Positions 63,064-64,000 of a DNA stretch of 64,000 bases are shown here, in pieces. Each line of letters begins with the position of its first letter. The first letter of the stretch is position 1. This DNA comes from Tricharina praecox (lineage: Eukaryota). The translations under genes were made by a program, and so were the position numbers. Location: assembly GCF_024521635.1 (NCBI RefSeq), contig NW_026250419.1:62001-126000 (forward strand), in the 5' to 3' direction. The notes beneath the pieces are model-generated. The model searched no databases. It was given only the letters and a program-made list of their open reading frames with translations, and was not told the origin of the DNA.

Positions 63064-63655
63064 CTATGCCTCACCAGCCACGTGCTTGAGGAACTTCTCC
63101 AAGTCGAACCGCTTATCGTCAGGGTCGGTGATCACTGTGTAGAATCAAGGTTCGCACACACGCACGCACGGGTCAGCCACGATTCTCTTCCCATCCCCAT
63201 AGGTATATATCAATCGGAAAGAGAGATAGAGATAGCAAGAGATAGAGAGAGGAAACGTACAGTCGCCGGTATCGATCGGCGCCTTGACAGGGTGCTTTCT
63301 GGCCCACTCCGCCTTCGCCTGCTTGATCAGGGCGGCCTTATGGTTGTACTCGGCCTGGTCGGCGGCAACAATCGCCGCCGACGACAGCTGGCGCTGGTGG
63401 TACAGTCCGTACAGGATTCCGGAGCCGAGTGCGGAGTAGCGCAGGACCTGTGGGACGCCATGACATTTCACGAATCAGCGTTTTTGTTTTTTTGTGTAGG
63501 ATGTGTATATGTGTATGTGTGTGTGTGAGTGAGGGTGAGTGTGTGTGTATGTGTGTACGTGCGTACGTGCGTGCGGAGCCGGAGGCATTGCCGATACCGA
63601 CGCGGGCGGAGAGGGGGTGGGAGCGTACGTTGACGGCTTGTGTTGAGAGAACCAT
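63064..63655 (-). CDS. ATP21: Mitochondrial ATP synthase subunit e (3 exons)
   Basis: MVLSTQAVN|VLRYSALGSGILYGLYHQ...LIKQAKAEW...|VITDPDDKRFDLEKFL, with a GxxxG motif in the TM helix. Confidence 0.9.
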
Positions 63656-64000
63656 TGTGAGAGCGCGCTTGGTGCGTGGGATGGTTCGGGTTCGGGTTGT
63701 GTGTTGGAAAGAGTGAGTGAATGTGGTGGAATGGATGGAGGTTTGCAGCGGGCGGGAGCGGAGCGGAGCGGAGGAGGAGGAGGAGGGAGGAGGGGAGGGT
63801 TTGAGGTTAGTCCGGTTCGGTAGAGTTGCAATACGCGAAGATGAATTGAAATTTCCCACATCACCGAAACGCTCCGAAGATGTCAGCAGTGAGCGACATG
63901 AGCCGCACGACAACAAGACACGTGCGCTAAAAATGCACAGAAATCGATGGCTGTTCGTGGGGGATTATCGACGGAGCTTTGGATTGCATTGCATGGTTGT

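Noticed and set aside
1..64000. A functional gene cluster (e.g. mitochondrial ORT1/ClpP/JAC1/ATP21, or RPC25 with the tRNA)
   Set aside because: The genes are unrelated housekeeping loci interspersed with others, with no shared pathway, biosynthetic backbone enzyme or cluster-specific regulator.

Overview
Eukaryotic genomic DNA from a filamentous ascomycete, possibly Pezizomycetes (inferred from protein style and short GT-AG introns with CTRAC/CTAAC branch points). About 19 mostly spliced protein-coding genes are present. Recognisable ones are cytosolic IleRS, ribosomal P2, SPT2, ELMO/CED-12, Reg1-like PP1 regulator, TMA22/DENR, mitochondrial ornithine carrier, TAF5, ClpP, Vps10, SIN-type Cdc14, Jac1, pirin, Rpc25, Pmt4, Prp4 and ATP synthase subunit e. 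There is also a GRF zinc-finger protein and two uncharacterised proteins. Non-coding features missed by the ORF track are an intron-containing tRNA-Gly(GCC) at 46393-46473, a 431-bp PIF/Harbinger (Tourist-like) MITE in the divergent pirin/RPC25 promoter, a Homol D plus telobox module at the RPP2 promoter, and a ~9.8-kb gene-free, microsatellite-rich tract upstream of REG1. I see no evidence of a multi-gene novel system. The best leads are the MITE, the orphan Q-rich protein, the dual-start pirin, the atypical tRNA-Gly and the long REG1 upstream region. Exon boundaries were read by eye and gene spans include introns.
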